64,000 bases of DNA from Rhizaria sp. SCN 62-66 (lineage: Eukaryota): NCBI GenBank assembly GCA_001724265.1, contig MEDY01000062.1, forward strand, positions 1 to 64,000, in the 5' to 3' direction. The position numbers and the translations under genes were made by a program. Numbering within the stretch: position 1 is the first letter of the stretch; the number at the start of each line of letters is the position of its first letter. Of this stretch, positions 37,094 through 48,694 are shown in pieces. The notes beneath the pieces were generated by a model, which saw only the letters and a list, made by a program, of their open reading frames with translations, had not been told where the DNA came from and did no database searches.

Positions 37094-40000
37094 AGTCAGC
37101 TGTCTCCGCCGCCCATCACGTCGCCGTTGCGCCTGTCGTCCGCGCCCCGCTACAGTGACAACGCCGCCGGTGACGGCCTCGACGACCGTCTCATCGCGAG
37201 TGACCGAGCGGGGAGTGACCGTGGCGGGCCGCTGCTGTCCCCGCCGAGGGCCCAGTGCACCGTGCTGTCGCCGGTCGACGTAGCGCTGCTGCACGACCCC
37301 CACGCGGGCGGGCCCACGGTCTTCGGCGCGGCGCTCTCCGCAGCGGCGGCGCTTACCGCGGCCGGACGCGTGTACAGCGCGCACACGGCGCGCGCGCGGG
37401 CCGCGGCGAGGGCGTTTTCGCCTGACGGCGCAGCGGCCGCGCTCAGCCGCAGCCGCAGCCGCCACAGCAGCGCCAGCGCCAGCAGCAGCAGCAGCAGCAG
37501 CAGCAGTGAGAGCGCGCGCGCAGCGGCGGACTGGGGCCCGCTGCGGGCCAGCGCGGCGACGGGCGTGGAGCCGCGGCGCGCGCGTACGACCGTGGGACAG
37601 CTATCTCTCCTCACTGCGCTCGAGACCGGGCTGAGCCCCGCGCTGGCGCGGCCGCCCGTGGCACCGGTGCAGGCGCACCCGTTCGAGCCGCTCACGCGCG
37701 CAACGCTCGGTGCGCCGCCGCTCGCTGCCGCAAACCTCGGCGGCTTTGGTCAAACGCACACCGGCGGAGGGGGGTTTCGCGGCGCGCTGGGCCGCGTGGT
37801 GCTGCAGGCGGACTCGCATATCGGCGCCACAGACGTGCCCGCGTCCGTGGGGTTTAACTCGGGCGTCGCCGCCGCGGCCGCAGGGTCCGTCGCCGCGGCC
37901 GCGGTCGGCGCCTACGCGCACGCGGTCGCCGAGGAGGCGATGGAGGAGGACACCGAGGCCGCCGGCCGCGCCGCGCGCCTGCACGGTAGCTCCTCCGCCG
38001 CGCTGCTCCAGCCCGCGCCGCTGCTGATTAGCACCGCCGCGGCGGCCGCTGCAATGGCCGCGGGCGAGCGCGCGCCGGAGGCCCCTGCGGCGGCGGCGGC
38101 GCGGGTGCTTGCGGCCGCCGCGGCGCTCGCTCCGCGGGGCGGGGACGCGCTGTGGGGCACGCTCACCGCAGCCGCCTCCGCGAACAACGCCGCGCACGGT
38201 TATCGTCACGGCCACGCTCGGAGCGGTGGCGCGCCGCTGGTAGACGCGGTGCGCAGCGCGGAGGCCGCGGGCGGCGCGGTGAGGGCGGCGCTAGTGGAGC
38301 GCACGGCACGTGTGGCCGACGTAGCACACAGTGCCAACGACGCTTCACAGAGTGCTAGCAGTGCTGCAACACAGAGCGCCACCGATACCGCACAGAGCGC
38401 GATCGGTGCGGCACAGAGCGCAATCGGCGCAGCGCAGAGCGCCGGCGGTGCAGCGCAAGGCGCAGGGTCTGTGCTGCGACAGCCGACCGCAGAGCCCAGG
38501 CTGTCGGGGCTGCGCGTCGACACTGGCGCTGGCGCCGACTCCACGGCGGCAACTGCGACTGGGGCTGCAGCGGCGGCGACGACCTCGGGGCAAATGCAAG
38601 GCTTTCTGTCGCCGACCGGGACCGGTGCGCTCCCGCAGCAGTTTCTGTCGCCGCAGCCGCAGCCGCGGCGGGCTGGGCTGGTGCAGCTCATGCAATCGCC
38701 AACGCCGCAGCCTCAGCCGCAAAGGCTGTTATCGCCCGGCGCGCTGCGGCCAGCGCTGGCGCCCTCTGTGTGCAGCGTCGGCGTCGGCAGCCCCGGCCCC
38801 GGCAACGGCCCCGGCAGCAACTCGATGCAGTCGCCGCCGTCGCACGCCCATATGCTTGGCCAGCAGCAGCTAGCGCGCGCGCGGTTCACGCAGCCGATGT
38901 CGCCCCAGTCCCCGCAGCTGCGCTCGCCGCCGTTATTGTCGCCGCAGTCGAACAGTGCGGTTAACATTGGTGCCGCAGCTTGCGGCACAGTCACGGGTGC
39001 TGCCGAACCAGCACTGCGGCGGCCGCAGTCGCGCGCTTCATTGCAAAGCGCCACCAGCGGTGCCAGCACCAGTGCCCGCGCACCTGCGCTGCTGAGTCCG
39101 ACGCTGTTGAGCCCCGCACCGCTATCGCCGCTGCCACTGGGCAGCGCGCGGTCTGGTCTCGCGACTATGGTAGCGACACGCAACTGGGGCCGCTCACCTC
39201 CGCCGCTGCAGCCTCTGCCGCGCACTGCAACAGCCGCATCCAGTACCGGCGCTACCGCTGCTGCTGCATCTACTGCGTCTCAATCTCAACAGCAGACGCG
39301 GCCCCGGTCCACTGAGCCTGCGACAGTCGGGATAGACCCCCACACTGCGGACACAGGGCAGCGCGTGCTGCTGATGTCGACGCTGCTCGAGCCGCGCTCG
39401 GCCTACGCGGTCACCGCCGCGCTCTCAGGCCAGTCCGTCATTATCACCGGCGGCTCCGGCACCTGCACCAGCTCTGGCAGCGGCGGCAGCATTGGCCACC
39501 GCGCTGGCGACCCCGCGCTGTACACGCCCGCGGGGCTGGAGCTCGCGGCCGCGGCCGCGCGCGGCGCCACGGCCCCGGTCCCCGTGCCGTGCGCTCGCGG
39601 CGGCTGGGACGTTCTCGAAGCCTCCGCGGCGCACGCTGTGCGGGCCGAAGCGCTGCACGGCACGCTGGTCCAGGCCGCCGCGTTCAGCGCCGGCGGTGAC
39701 GACGCCGCGGTCGACGTGGCGGACACGCCTGCCGCGCGCGCCGCGTTTGGCTCAGCGGCGGCGCAGGTCGCCTCGGCCGCGGCGGCGGCAACCGCGGCGG
39801 CCGTAGCGGGTGAGGGAATCCGGCAGGTTGCGGCGTCACGGGTCGTCGTCGCGCCTGCGCTGAGCGATGACTTCTATCTGTCGCTGCTTGCATTTGCGCC
39901 AGATGCGTCGGGCCGTCTCGCGGTCGGGCTCGGCAACGCCGTCGCGGTCACGCGGCCGGGCGCGGGTGCCGGCGACGACGCGGACGCAGCCGAGGACGAC

Positions 40001-42016
40001 GCGGACTGCGATCCGAGCGCCGCCAGCGTGCTGCCTGGAGCACGGACCGTGCTTGACCTCGCGCGCGGCGTGCCTGCAGTGAGCAGCGCGGTGCTCGCGG
40101 CGGTGACTGCGCTGGCGCGCGAGAAAGCCAGCGCGGCAGAGGCGCGGCTTGCGGCGGCGCGCGCCAAGCACAGTCGGCTGACACAGCAGCGGCCTCAGCA
40201 ACAGAGCCAGACGTCTGCGTCACTGACTCATACGCAGACTCCGGCGTGGGCACAGGCAAAGGCAAACAAGAAGGAAGATGCAACCTGGGACGCTGGCCGA
40301 GCAGCACAGCTGTCACCGCGCGACTTATTCGTCTCTGCGTCCTCACTGCGTCGCACTAACACAGCAAGTTCGAGCGCAACTGCACCAAATGCACAGACCA
40401 ATGCCGGCGCGTCTGATGCGGGTTCGTCACCGCGCAGCGCAGATTCGTCCATGTCCGTCTCGGCAGCGCGGGGTGCGGTGGCCCGCAGCCCTATGCCGCG
40501 CCGCCACGCCTCACCAGCCGCGCTCTTGCCAACATCACCACCGCCCCCAGCAGTCACAATCTCGGTCACTGCTCCAACCGCGCTCGAACAGCATCCGAAT
40601 GCGAATGCGCTGCCGCCGCAGGAGATCCCGCTAGCGCTGCGTGGCAAGCCAACCTCACGCGTGGCCGCGGTGGCGTGGCGGCCGTGGGGCGCAGCCGCGG
40701 GCTTCGCCTGGGCCGCGGGCTCCGGGCTCAGCCCGCGGTCCCCGGCCGGCGCGGGCGCGTGCTGCGCGGCGCGGCAGCGTGACGTGCGCGCGCCAGCCGT
40801 GGGGCGCGCGGCGGCGGCCGCGTGGGGGGACACAACGCTGAACCTGTGGGGCGCGGTCGCACAGAGCTGGGAGCACAGGGCGGCGCTGGCGGACACCGAG
40901 ACCGCGGCGCTAATGGCGCGCATGCGCGGTCTCAACATCAACAGCGGCGATGAACTTGAATCTCCTGTGGATATGGCGCTGCCAGTGTGCGACGCGACTG
41001 CTGCGGACAGTAATCTCCCTGGGACGAGCGAGGCCGCTCGGCTGGCGCGGCGTGCACTGGACGAGCCAGAGTCGCAACTCGCCGTGTCCACAACCGACGG
41101 CTCGGTCCTGCTCGTTGACGCCGCGACGGGCGCGCTGGTGCGTTCCTTCGCTGGCCATCGGTCCGGCCACCGCATCGGTGCCCTGAGCTGGGGCGCGCCG
41201 ACGCTGCTGGCGTCGGGCGGGCGCGACCGGTACGTAGTGCTGCACGACACGCGCGCCCCGCAGGCCGTGGCCTGGCTTGCGGGCCACAGCCAGGAGATCT
41301 GCGGGCTCGACTTTGCGCGCGGCGGCGGCGGCGACGGCGCGCCCTGGATGCTTGCGTCGGGCGGCAACGACAACAAGGTCTGCGTGTGGAACATCCGCAT
41401 GCTTTCCTCCGCCTCCGCGCCCCCCGTCTCTGCCAACAGCAGCAGTGTGAGTGGAACCAACAGCGGCAGCGTCGGCGGAGGTCAGTATAGCGGGACGTGG
41501 AACGTGGCGACGGCGCCGATGTGCACCCTGCGCGGGCACCGCGCAGCGGTCAAGGCCGTGGCGTGGTCGCCGCATGTGCCCGGTCTGCTCGCCACCGGCG
41601 GCGGCACCGCGGACCGCTGCATCCGGCTCTGGGACGTCTTCGCCGACGATGGCTCCGGCGCCGCCACCATCGGCACCGGCGCGTCTGGCGCGCTGGGTGC
41701 GGGTGCTGTTGCTGTCGTCGACACGGGCTCGCAGGTGTGCCAGCTGGCGTGGTCGCCGTCGCGCCGCGGGGAGCTGTTCTCGTCGCACGGGTACGCGCGC
41801 CACCACATCGCGCTGTGGCGCGCCCCGGAGCTTGCCCCACTGGCGCTGCTGCAGGGCCACGGCGCGCGCGTGCTCCACCTCGCGCTCAGGCCGGACGGCG
41901 CGCTGCTCGCGTCGGCTGCGGGCGGCGCCGACGGGACGCTGCGCTACTGGCCGGTGGGGCCGCCGCCGGACGCTAGCGGGGGGCGCGGAACGCTTAGTGG
42001 AGGTATTCTGCGATGA
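36017..42016 (+). CDS. CDC20/Fizzy/CDH1-family APC/C activator (WD40), greatly expanded (about 1958 aa); probable exons 36017-36079 and 36203 (or 36206)-42016
   Basis: APALSDDFYLSLL, GHSQEICGL, LASGGNDNKVCVW, HRAAVKAVAWSPH..LLATGGGTADRCIRLW, DTGSQVCQLAWS, SSHGY and C-terminal ILR. The first exon is inferred from a GTACGT donor at 36080 (phase 0); alternative start ATG 36350. Ends TGA. Confidence 0.88.
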
Positions 42017-42297
42017 TAAAGATGCAGTGATGGTCAAGGAAGAGCGCGGAACGCGAGGGGGTGTATTCAACAGTGCGGTGTAGTGCAAAGGGATCAAATG
42101 GGGGCCCAGGGAATTGTAACGATTAAATAGACGGAAGCTTACGCATGTGAATGTACGAGAGCTTAAACTACTGTAGTCATGAGAAAATGCTGCCAACATG
42201 GCGAGCAAAATGAAAATAAAAATAAAGAGAATCAAGCTTTAAATCAAAATATAGCATGAGTCTTGGAAGTACATGAAAGATGACAGGAAGCTGAGAC

Positions 42298-44658
42298 TCA
42301 GGCGATATTTGTGCGGAGCGTGGCCGCGATGGCGTCACGCTCGCGCTGGCACGCCAGCTGGGCCATCCACTCCACATTGGCGAACCGTGACACCGGGACT
42401 GGCGTTATCGACGCCGCGACCGCGCTGCCAGCGCTCGCAGCCGCGGCGCAGTCCGCGTCGGCGGGGTTTGCACCAGTTTCTGCATCAGCGTCTGCGTCTG
42501 CATCGGCGTTGACGGGGAGGTCCGCGGCGGCGCTGGCGGAGAGCGGGTCGGTGTAGAGCCGCATGCGCATCTGCAACAGCCGCAGCCGCTGCAGGAGCCC
42601 GCCCGCGCGCGGCACCGCGGCCTCCGCGGGCGGCGTTGAGTGCTCGGCGTCGAACGCCGCGTCCGCGGCCACCACGGAACCCAACGGCGGCCACAGCGCC
42701 TGCGCCTGCGCCTGGGCGTGCTTGAACGCGGCGGTCGCAACCGCGGCGGCAGCGGTGGACGCCGCGGTCGCGCGGTCCGGGGAGCCCTCTTTGGCCTCCA
42801 GCCAAGCCGCAGCAACGTCTGCGTCAGCGGCGTCACTGTGCGCGGCGTGTGCAGCGCCGTGGCGCTCGCGCGCAGAGCGGAACATCGCGCGCACCGCGTC
42901 GTCAGCACGCATAGCGGCGCCGCCCTTGTAGTGCGTGTGCGTGCGGTGTGAGTGGCGCTCGCCGAAGCCGAAGCCAAGCGTGCCAGTGCAGTCGCTGTAC
43001 TCGTCGCCGAACGGGCACGCGTCGGCCTCGTCGTCGACGGCAATGCCGGCGCCGTCAAGCGCAGACATGCGGTCACCGCCACGAGCACGCCGCGACTGCT
43101 GTTGTAAGTTGTGGCTTCTGCTGTGGTGATTAGTGTTTCTGGTTGCGCCGGCTCTGTGGGTGTTGACGCTAACGCTCGCGTTCGCCCCGTGAATAGCGGC
43201 GAGTGCGGCGGGCGACACGCCCTCGCTGAAAGCCTCGACATCGCCCAGACTCGACATCCATGCGGGGACGTCGTCACGCTCATGGTCACGCTGCTCACGG
43301 TCGCGTTCGCGCTCGCGCTCGAGCTCGCAGGCGTTGGCCTCTGCAAACTCAGCGTCAGCCTCGGCCTGGCTCTGCAACTGCAACTGTGATATGCTCTTAA
43401 CAGAAGGCGTGTGTTTCGCAGCAGTGTGTGTTTGCTGCGGTCGTGCAAGCGACTCAAGCACTGCGGCACGCGGGGCTGCCGTGACCACATCGCCACTCTG
43501 CTGTTGATGTTGGTGCTGGATCTGCGTTTGTGGACTTAGTAACAAACGCGCCAGCGCGGCGTGATCTTTCAACCGCGAAAGCAGCGCGGACGGCGCGACA
43601 GCGGCTTCCGCATCAACCGTCTCCGTGATTGGTGAGGGCACAGCTGCTGTTTCAGCGATGGCGGAGGGGGAGTCGGGTCCAGCCGCGGCGACAACAGCAC
43701 TAGAGCGAGTGTTGGACTCGCAGTGCTAGTCGCATACGGTGCAGAAACCGTCCTCAGTGCTTGTCCGGACACGCAACTCTGCAGTTGTCGCAGCTTCAGG
43801 GGCAGTGGCGTTCGCAGTGACCGATGCGTGCGGAGCAACAACGGGGGCGGCGGCTTTAGCAACAGCAGGTGCGGGCAATTGCATCACACGCGCATGTTGC
43901 TGGAGTTGATGATATTGCTGCTGCTGTTGCTGCTGTTGGGCTGCAAGCGACATCGTTGCAGACTGCGGCAACATAGCATTGTGTGCGAACCAGGACGACG
44001 AGGGCTGTGCAAGCTGCATCTGTGACCTCTGCCAGTGACTTGCGGGCGCCATAAGCGCCGCGTGTGGATGCGACAGTTGCGCCGGCAGCAGCATCGGAGC
44101 CGGTGCCACAAAGCGCGACTGCTGAGACTGGCTGTGATGGGGTTGCTGCGACTGCTGCGCTGCGTAATGGTGGGGCAGCGCTGGCGCATGGTGCTGCGCG
44201 GGCGACGGCATAGGGCCGTAATGCTGCGCCACGGGTTGTTGCGCGGCCTGCACTGGCCAGGCAAGCGCCTGAGCCTGGGCCTGGGCCTGGGCCTGTGCGT
44301 GCACGGACGCCGCGTGTGGCGAGGGCAAAGCGGGCGAATGAGAGCAGAGCGCGGGCGGGGTGGCCGCTGAGGCTTCATAGAGCGAGTCCCAGCCAGCGGG
44401 GCTCTCAAATAGCGCCGAGGCGGGGTTCACAAGCAGTGCGGGGCCGTGATGGGCTCCCGGGTGGACGCGCGTCAACGATTCAGAGCGCGCGAGGACGGGG
44501 GCGGTGACGGCTGTTGACTCGGGGCGCGGGGGGCGCGCCACCGCCTTGCGAGCAAGCGCGGCCTCCGAGATGCGCGAGTTGAGATGCACACCTGTCGCAC
44601 TAAAGAAAACACCCTTGTTCATAGCACCAGCGCCTGCTGCGCCGGGGCCGAACGACAT
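42298..44658 (-). CDS. Hypothetical Gln/Ala/His-rich protein, about 786 aa, with one in-frame TAG at 43726-43728
   Basis: ORFs 43726..44658 and 42298..43641 share a frame: FCTVCD*HCESNTRSSAVVAAAGPDSP. No AT-rich spacer lies between them; ends TGA at the edge of the GC-rich block. Confidence 0.72.
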
Positions 44659-45038
44659 ATATACCCTTCCTTGTGGTAGTTTTGAGCGGCTATAGCGGAA
44701 GCAAAGTGGGCGGTGCGTGGCACGAAAGTAAAGAAGAGTTCAAGATGGTTAGATTGATATTTAAGATATGTTGAAACAGTATAATTTCGAAAACACTCTT
44801 GTATGTGCCATATCCAAATTTGAACGTGGTTAGCGAACATATGGTATCGTATCAAAGCACATGAAGTTTAGGTAGCTAGCGGACCACACTGAACTCCCCG
44901 CTGGCCGCTCGAACGAGTGCTGGGTGAGGACGACTCGAACGCAACTTAAAACCTCGCTGAAACGCGATTCAACATCCGTTACTGAAGTGTTTATAACGAT
45001 AACAAGTTTGACTTGGGCGTTATAACATTTTGTGAAAA

Positions 45039-48000
45039 ATGAGCGCTTCTAAGTGGACACGGCTTCTCGCTGTGGCTATTGTGGCAGCTGCATGCAGCCT
45101 CGCTCCTCAAGTCGCTGCAGTTGGTCCTGGACCTGGCGTGGCGAGCACAACCTTTCGTCCAGAATACTGCAGGACCACGTCACCCGAGACGCACCTCCTT
45201 GAAGGTGCTGTTATGCAAATGGTACGTCTTGGCCTCTCTGTTACACTCCACAATGCATCGCCTACGCTCCCCACTCGTTCGTATCTTCTGACGTCACGTG
45301 CGCTGCCCTGTTTTACTTAATTTCTCCACCAAAGTACGATCTCCAGCTCGTACAGACCATCTTCCGTCACGGTGACCGTATTCCATCAACCTCCAATGGT
45401 ACGTTTTTTGTGTCCTGTTGCCTTTTTCTGTCCGTCTTCGACCTGTGCTGCCCTCGGAGATATCGCTCACATCATTGCACTCCGACTTTGCTTGCTTGGC
45501 CACAGGTTTCTGCTGGGCGGATGAGGCGCCGTTCCGCTGCTCCTCGCATCAAGCGGCCGCGGGTGTAGCGCTGGCTCCGATGGCGCGCGAATATATTGCT
45601 TCCCTGGCCGAGGCCGAGGCCGCGCTCCGCGCCCCCGACACCGCGCCCGCTGGCTCGCTGTCGGCGCAGGCCGCGCTGCACCCGCTGCTGCTGACCGCGC
45701 GCGACGTCGACGAGGCGTCCGCGCAGACGGCCGAAAGTGCCACGTGGCGCGCCGTGCTCTCGCGCCGCCAGCGCCCACGTCCCGCACCCCACACTGGCGC
45801 GCGCCGCCTCTTCGCCCTCACCGAGACTGAGACTGCGACGGCGACTGAGAACACCGGCTCGCTGACTGGGAACGGCAAAGACGACCATCACAGCGGCGGC
45901 GCGGCGCTTGACCTGGACGGCGGGCTAAACGGCGGCGGCGGACTGGGGTTTTCGCCCGCGACGGGCCCCAGCTCCGGCCCGCACCGCGGCCCGCGGCCCC
46001 GCAGCCGCGGCTTCGTCGAGGCCCTGCTCGCTGCGCGCTCCTCTTCACTCGCGCCCACGTCCCTCGCGTCGCCACCCAGCGCGTCGCAGAGCTCTTCACC
46101 GCAAAGTGCGCCGTGGGTGTCCGAACCCGTGCCGGAGGGCACGCAGCTGTCGGTGCCCAGCGAAGTCGCCGCCGCCGCCGCGGCTGCCGCGCAGCGCCCC
46201 GCGGGCCCGGCGCCCGTGTTCCTCTCGCCCTTCTCGGCGCCCTCGGCCGGCCCGGCGCCGCTGGCGATGGCGAAGCGCTACGTCGAGGGCTGGGGCGTGT
46301 GGCCCGGGTCCTGCCACGTCGGCGCACTCACTGTAAAAGGACACGCGCAGCTTTGGGCGCTGGGCCAGGCGTTGCGCCGCACGTACGGCCCCGCGATGGA
46401 CCTCAGCTCTGCCGCTGCGGTGCGGCCCGAGACGCTGTACGCGCGCTCGACGGACTACCCGCGCACGCTGCAGTCGCTGCAGGGGCTGCTGCTGGGCTTC
46501 GTGCAGACCGTGCCCGCGCCGCACGACGACACCGACGCCGACACTGACCCCAGCGGCGGCGACAGCACGGAGGGACCTGCGCCGCGACCCGGTCAGGCCG
46601 GCAGCGGCTATCTCTCGCTGGGTGCGGCTGCGGCTGTGCTGAACCGCGTTCCGATCCACACCACGGACGGCCCCACGGAGACGATGGTGCCGAACCACCG
46701 TGCGTGCCCAGCGCTGCGCTCGCTGCACGCCGCCGCCGCCGCCGCGCGCCAAGCCGCGCCCGTGGTCAAAGAGCTCTCGGAGCGCGTGCGGGCTATCTTC
46801 ACTGACCCGACTGCGGCGGCCAACGATGCCGGCGGCGCGCTGTCCGCGGCCGTGGCGGGAGACCCATACGCGCTGTTCGACTGCGCGGGATCGCACCTGT
46901 GCACTGGCAACCCGCTGCCCGCGGGGCTCACTCCGGACCTGTTCCAGGAGCTCGAGGACGAGGCCGCGCTGGCCGAGCGCGCGCGGCTGTCGTTCCCCAC
47001 GCCGCAGATCGCCGCGCAGCTCGGTGCCGGCGGCTTCGCGTCGCAGCTCGGCGCGATGCAACTGCGGCAGATCATGGCGCGCGCGGGGCTTGTCCCCGAC
47101 GCCGCCCCCGCTCGCGTCCGCGGCGGCAACACGCGCGGCGACGCCAAGTCGCGCGTGGGGCTTTTTCGCGGCGGCACGGCGGGGCCTTGGGTGCGGTCGA
47201 CGCGTCTGGCCGCCTTCTCGGGCCACGACACATCGCTCACTGCGCTGCTCGCCGCGCTGGGCGTGTGGCGCGGCGTCTGGCCGCCCTACGCGTCGCACGC
47301 CGAGATTGAGCTCTTCCGCCGCGCGGGCGACGCGCTCGAGGAGGCGCTTACTGACCCAGACTCGGGCCGTCTGCGGCTCGACGGGCTTGCACCGCAAGGC
47401 GCTGAGGCCTCTGGTGCACCTGCCGACGGTGCCGCCGTGTCTGCGGCCGCGCTGGCCGAGGAGCGGCTCCGTGAGGAGATTGCCGCCCGTGACGTTCTCG
47501 CCGCGTCGCTGGTTGCCAATGGCGCGCGCCGTGGCAGCCAGACGTCGCCCACAATGGACCAGGGCGAGTATGATGCGCTGGGGCGCGCGCTGGACCGCGT
47601 GGTGAGCGCGGCGCAGCGCGCACGTGTGCGCAAGCTGCTGCACTGGTACTACACGCGCACGGCCATGCATCCTTCTTCTGCTGGGACTGGCAGCGACGCC
47701 GCCAACGGCGAGAGCGAGGGCAATGATAGCAACGAGCCTGTGCACGCAGAGGCCCCGGCTCCCGGTACGTGGGACGCCGCCGCATGGCTGTCTGGTTGGA
47801 TGGAGGATGATGTGCGCATTAACGTCGCGGCCGTGGAGATTGCGCGTCACCGCGTGCGTGTCGTCTACAACGGCGACGTGCTGCCGCTGCCCTTTTGCAC
47901 TCCGTCGCCGTCGGACGTCACGCCGCGCGCTAACACTGGCGATATGCCCAAGGACGAGTACGCGCACCTCGCGGAGCACGACGCCGGGTTCGGCGCGGGC

Positions 48001-48276
48001 CCCGAGCAGGGGTTCGCGCTGTGCCCGCTCGTGCAGTGGCTCGAGGCGCTGACGCTTTTCGCGCCACGCCGCCGCAGCTTTGACGCTGATCTGGGCTCCT
48101 GGAACGGCAACGCTGCGCTGCGCACGCCGGCTGCACGTGCCGCGGCGCGCAAGCCCACTGCGGCGACGCTCGAGGCTGCTGGCGCGGAGTGGCACGCTGA
48201 GCAAGTCATGGGCTTCGGCCGCGAGGCCTCCCAGTTTGATTTCCGCTGCGGTACGCCCGCATTTATGAACACTTGA
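45039..48276 (+). CDS. Secretory-pathway histidine acid phosphatase, about 1005 aa; exons 45039-45221, 45335-45398, 45506-48276
   Basis: Signal-peptide-like N-terminus. Exon 2 encodes [17 protein letters not shown] (RHGxRxP). Exon 3 has [33 protein letters not shown] and VRVVYNG. Both introns begin GTACGT with compatible phases. Ends TGA. Confidence 0.88.
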
Positions 48277-48694
48277 AAAGAAGGGTGAAGGAACTGTCAA
48301 TAAGACAGATGCTTACTGGATTGGAGGTTAAGTCGAATGTCGAACAAGAGGACTTTAGGGCCAGTGACAATAATGAAGGAATCGATTTACGAGTCATAAT
48401 GAATTTCTTGAATAAAATCGTCTTGATTTTAACGTGTATTTTACTTTTCACATTAAAATCCAGTTTTTCTTTTTGTTTAATTTCCCATTTTATCGAATAT
48501 CGATGCTTAAATTTTTTTTCTCGTTACTTTAGCGAGATGGTTTCAGGCGCTGCGAATATAGCACGTCTGACAAAAAAAGGTGGGAGAAAAAGAGCATATG
48601 TCACAAACAATGGTATAGAGAGAATATCTGCATTGAGTTTGCAGCTATCGTCAAAGTATATCTTGTCTAATCAAAACAACAGAGTCAACATCGT

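Noticed and set aside
1291-43728. Pyrrolysine as the meaning of UAG
   Set aside because: Pyrrolysine is known only from archaea and bacteria, no pyl genes are visible, and the sites lie in low-complexity linkers.
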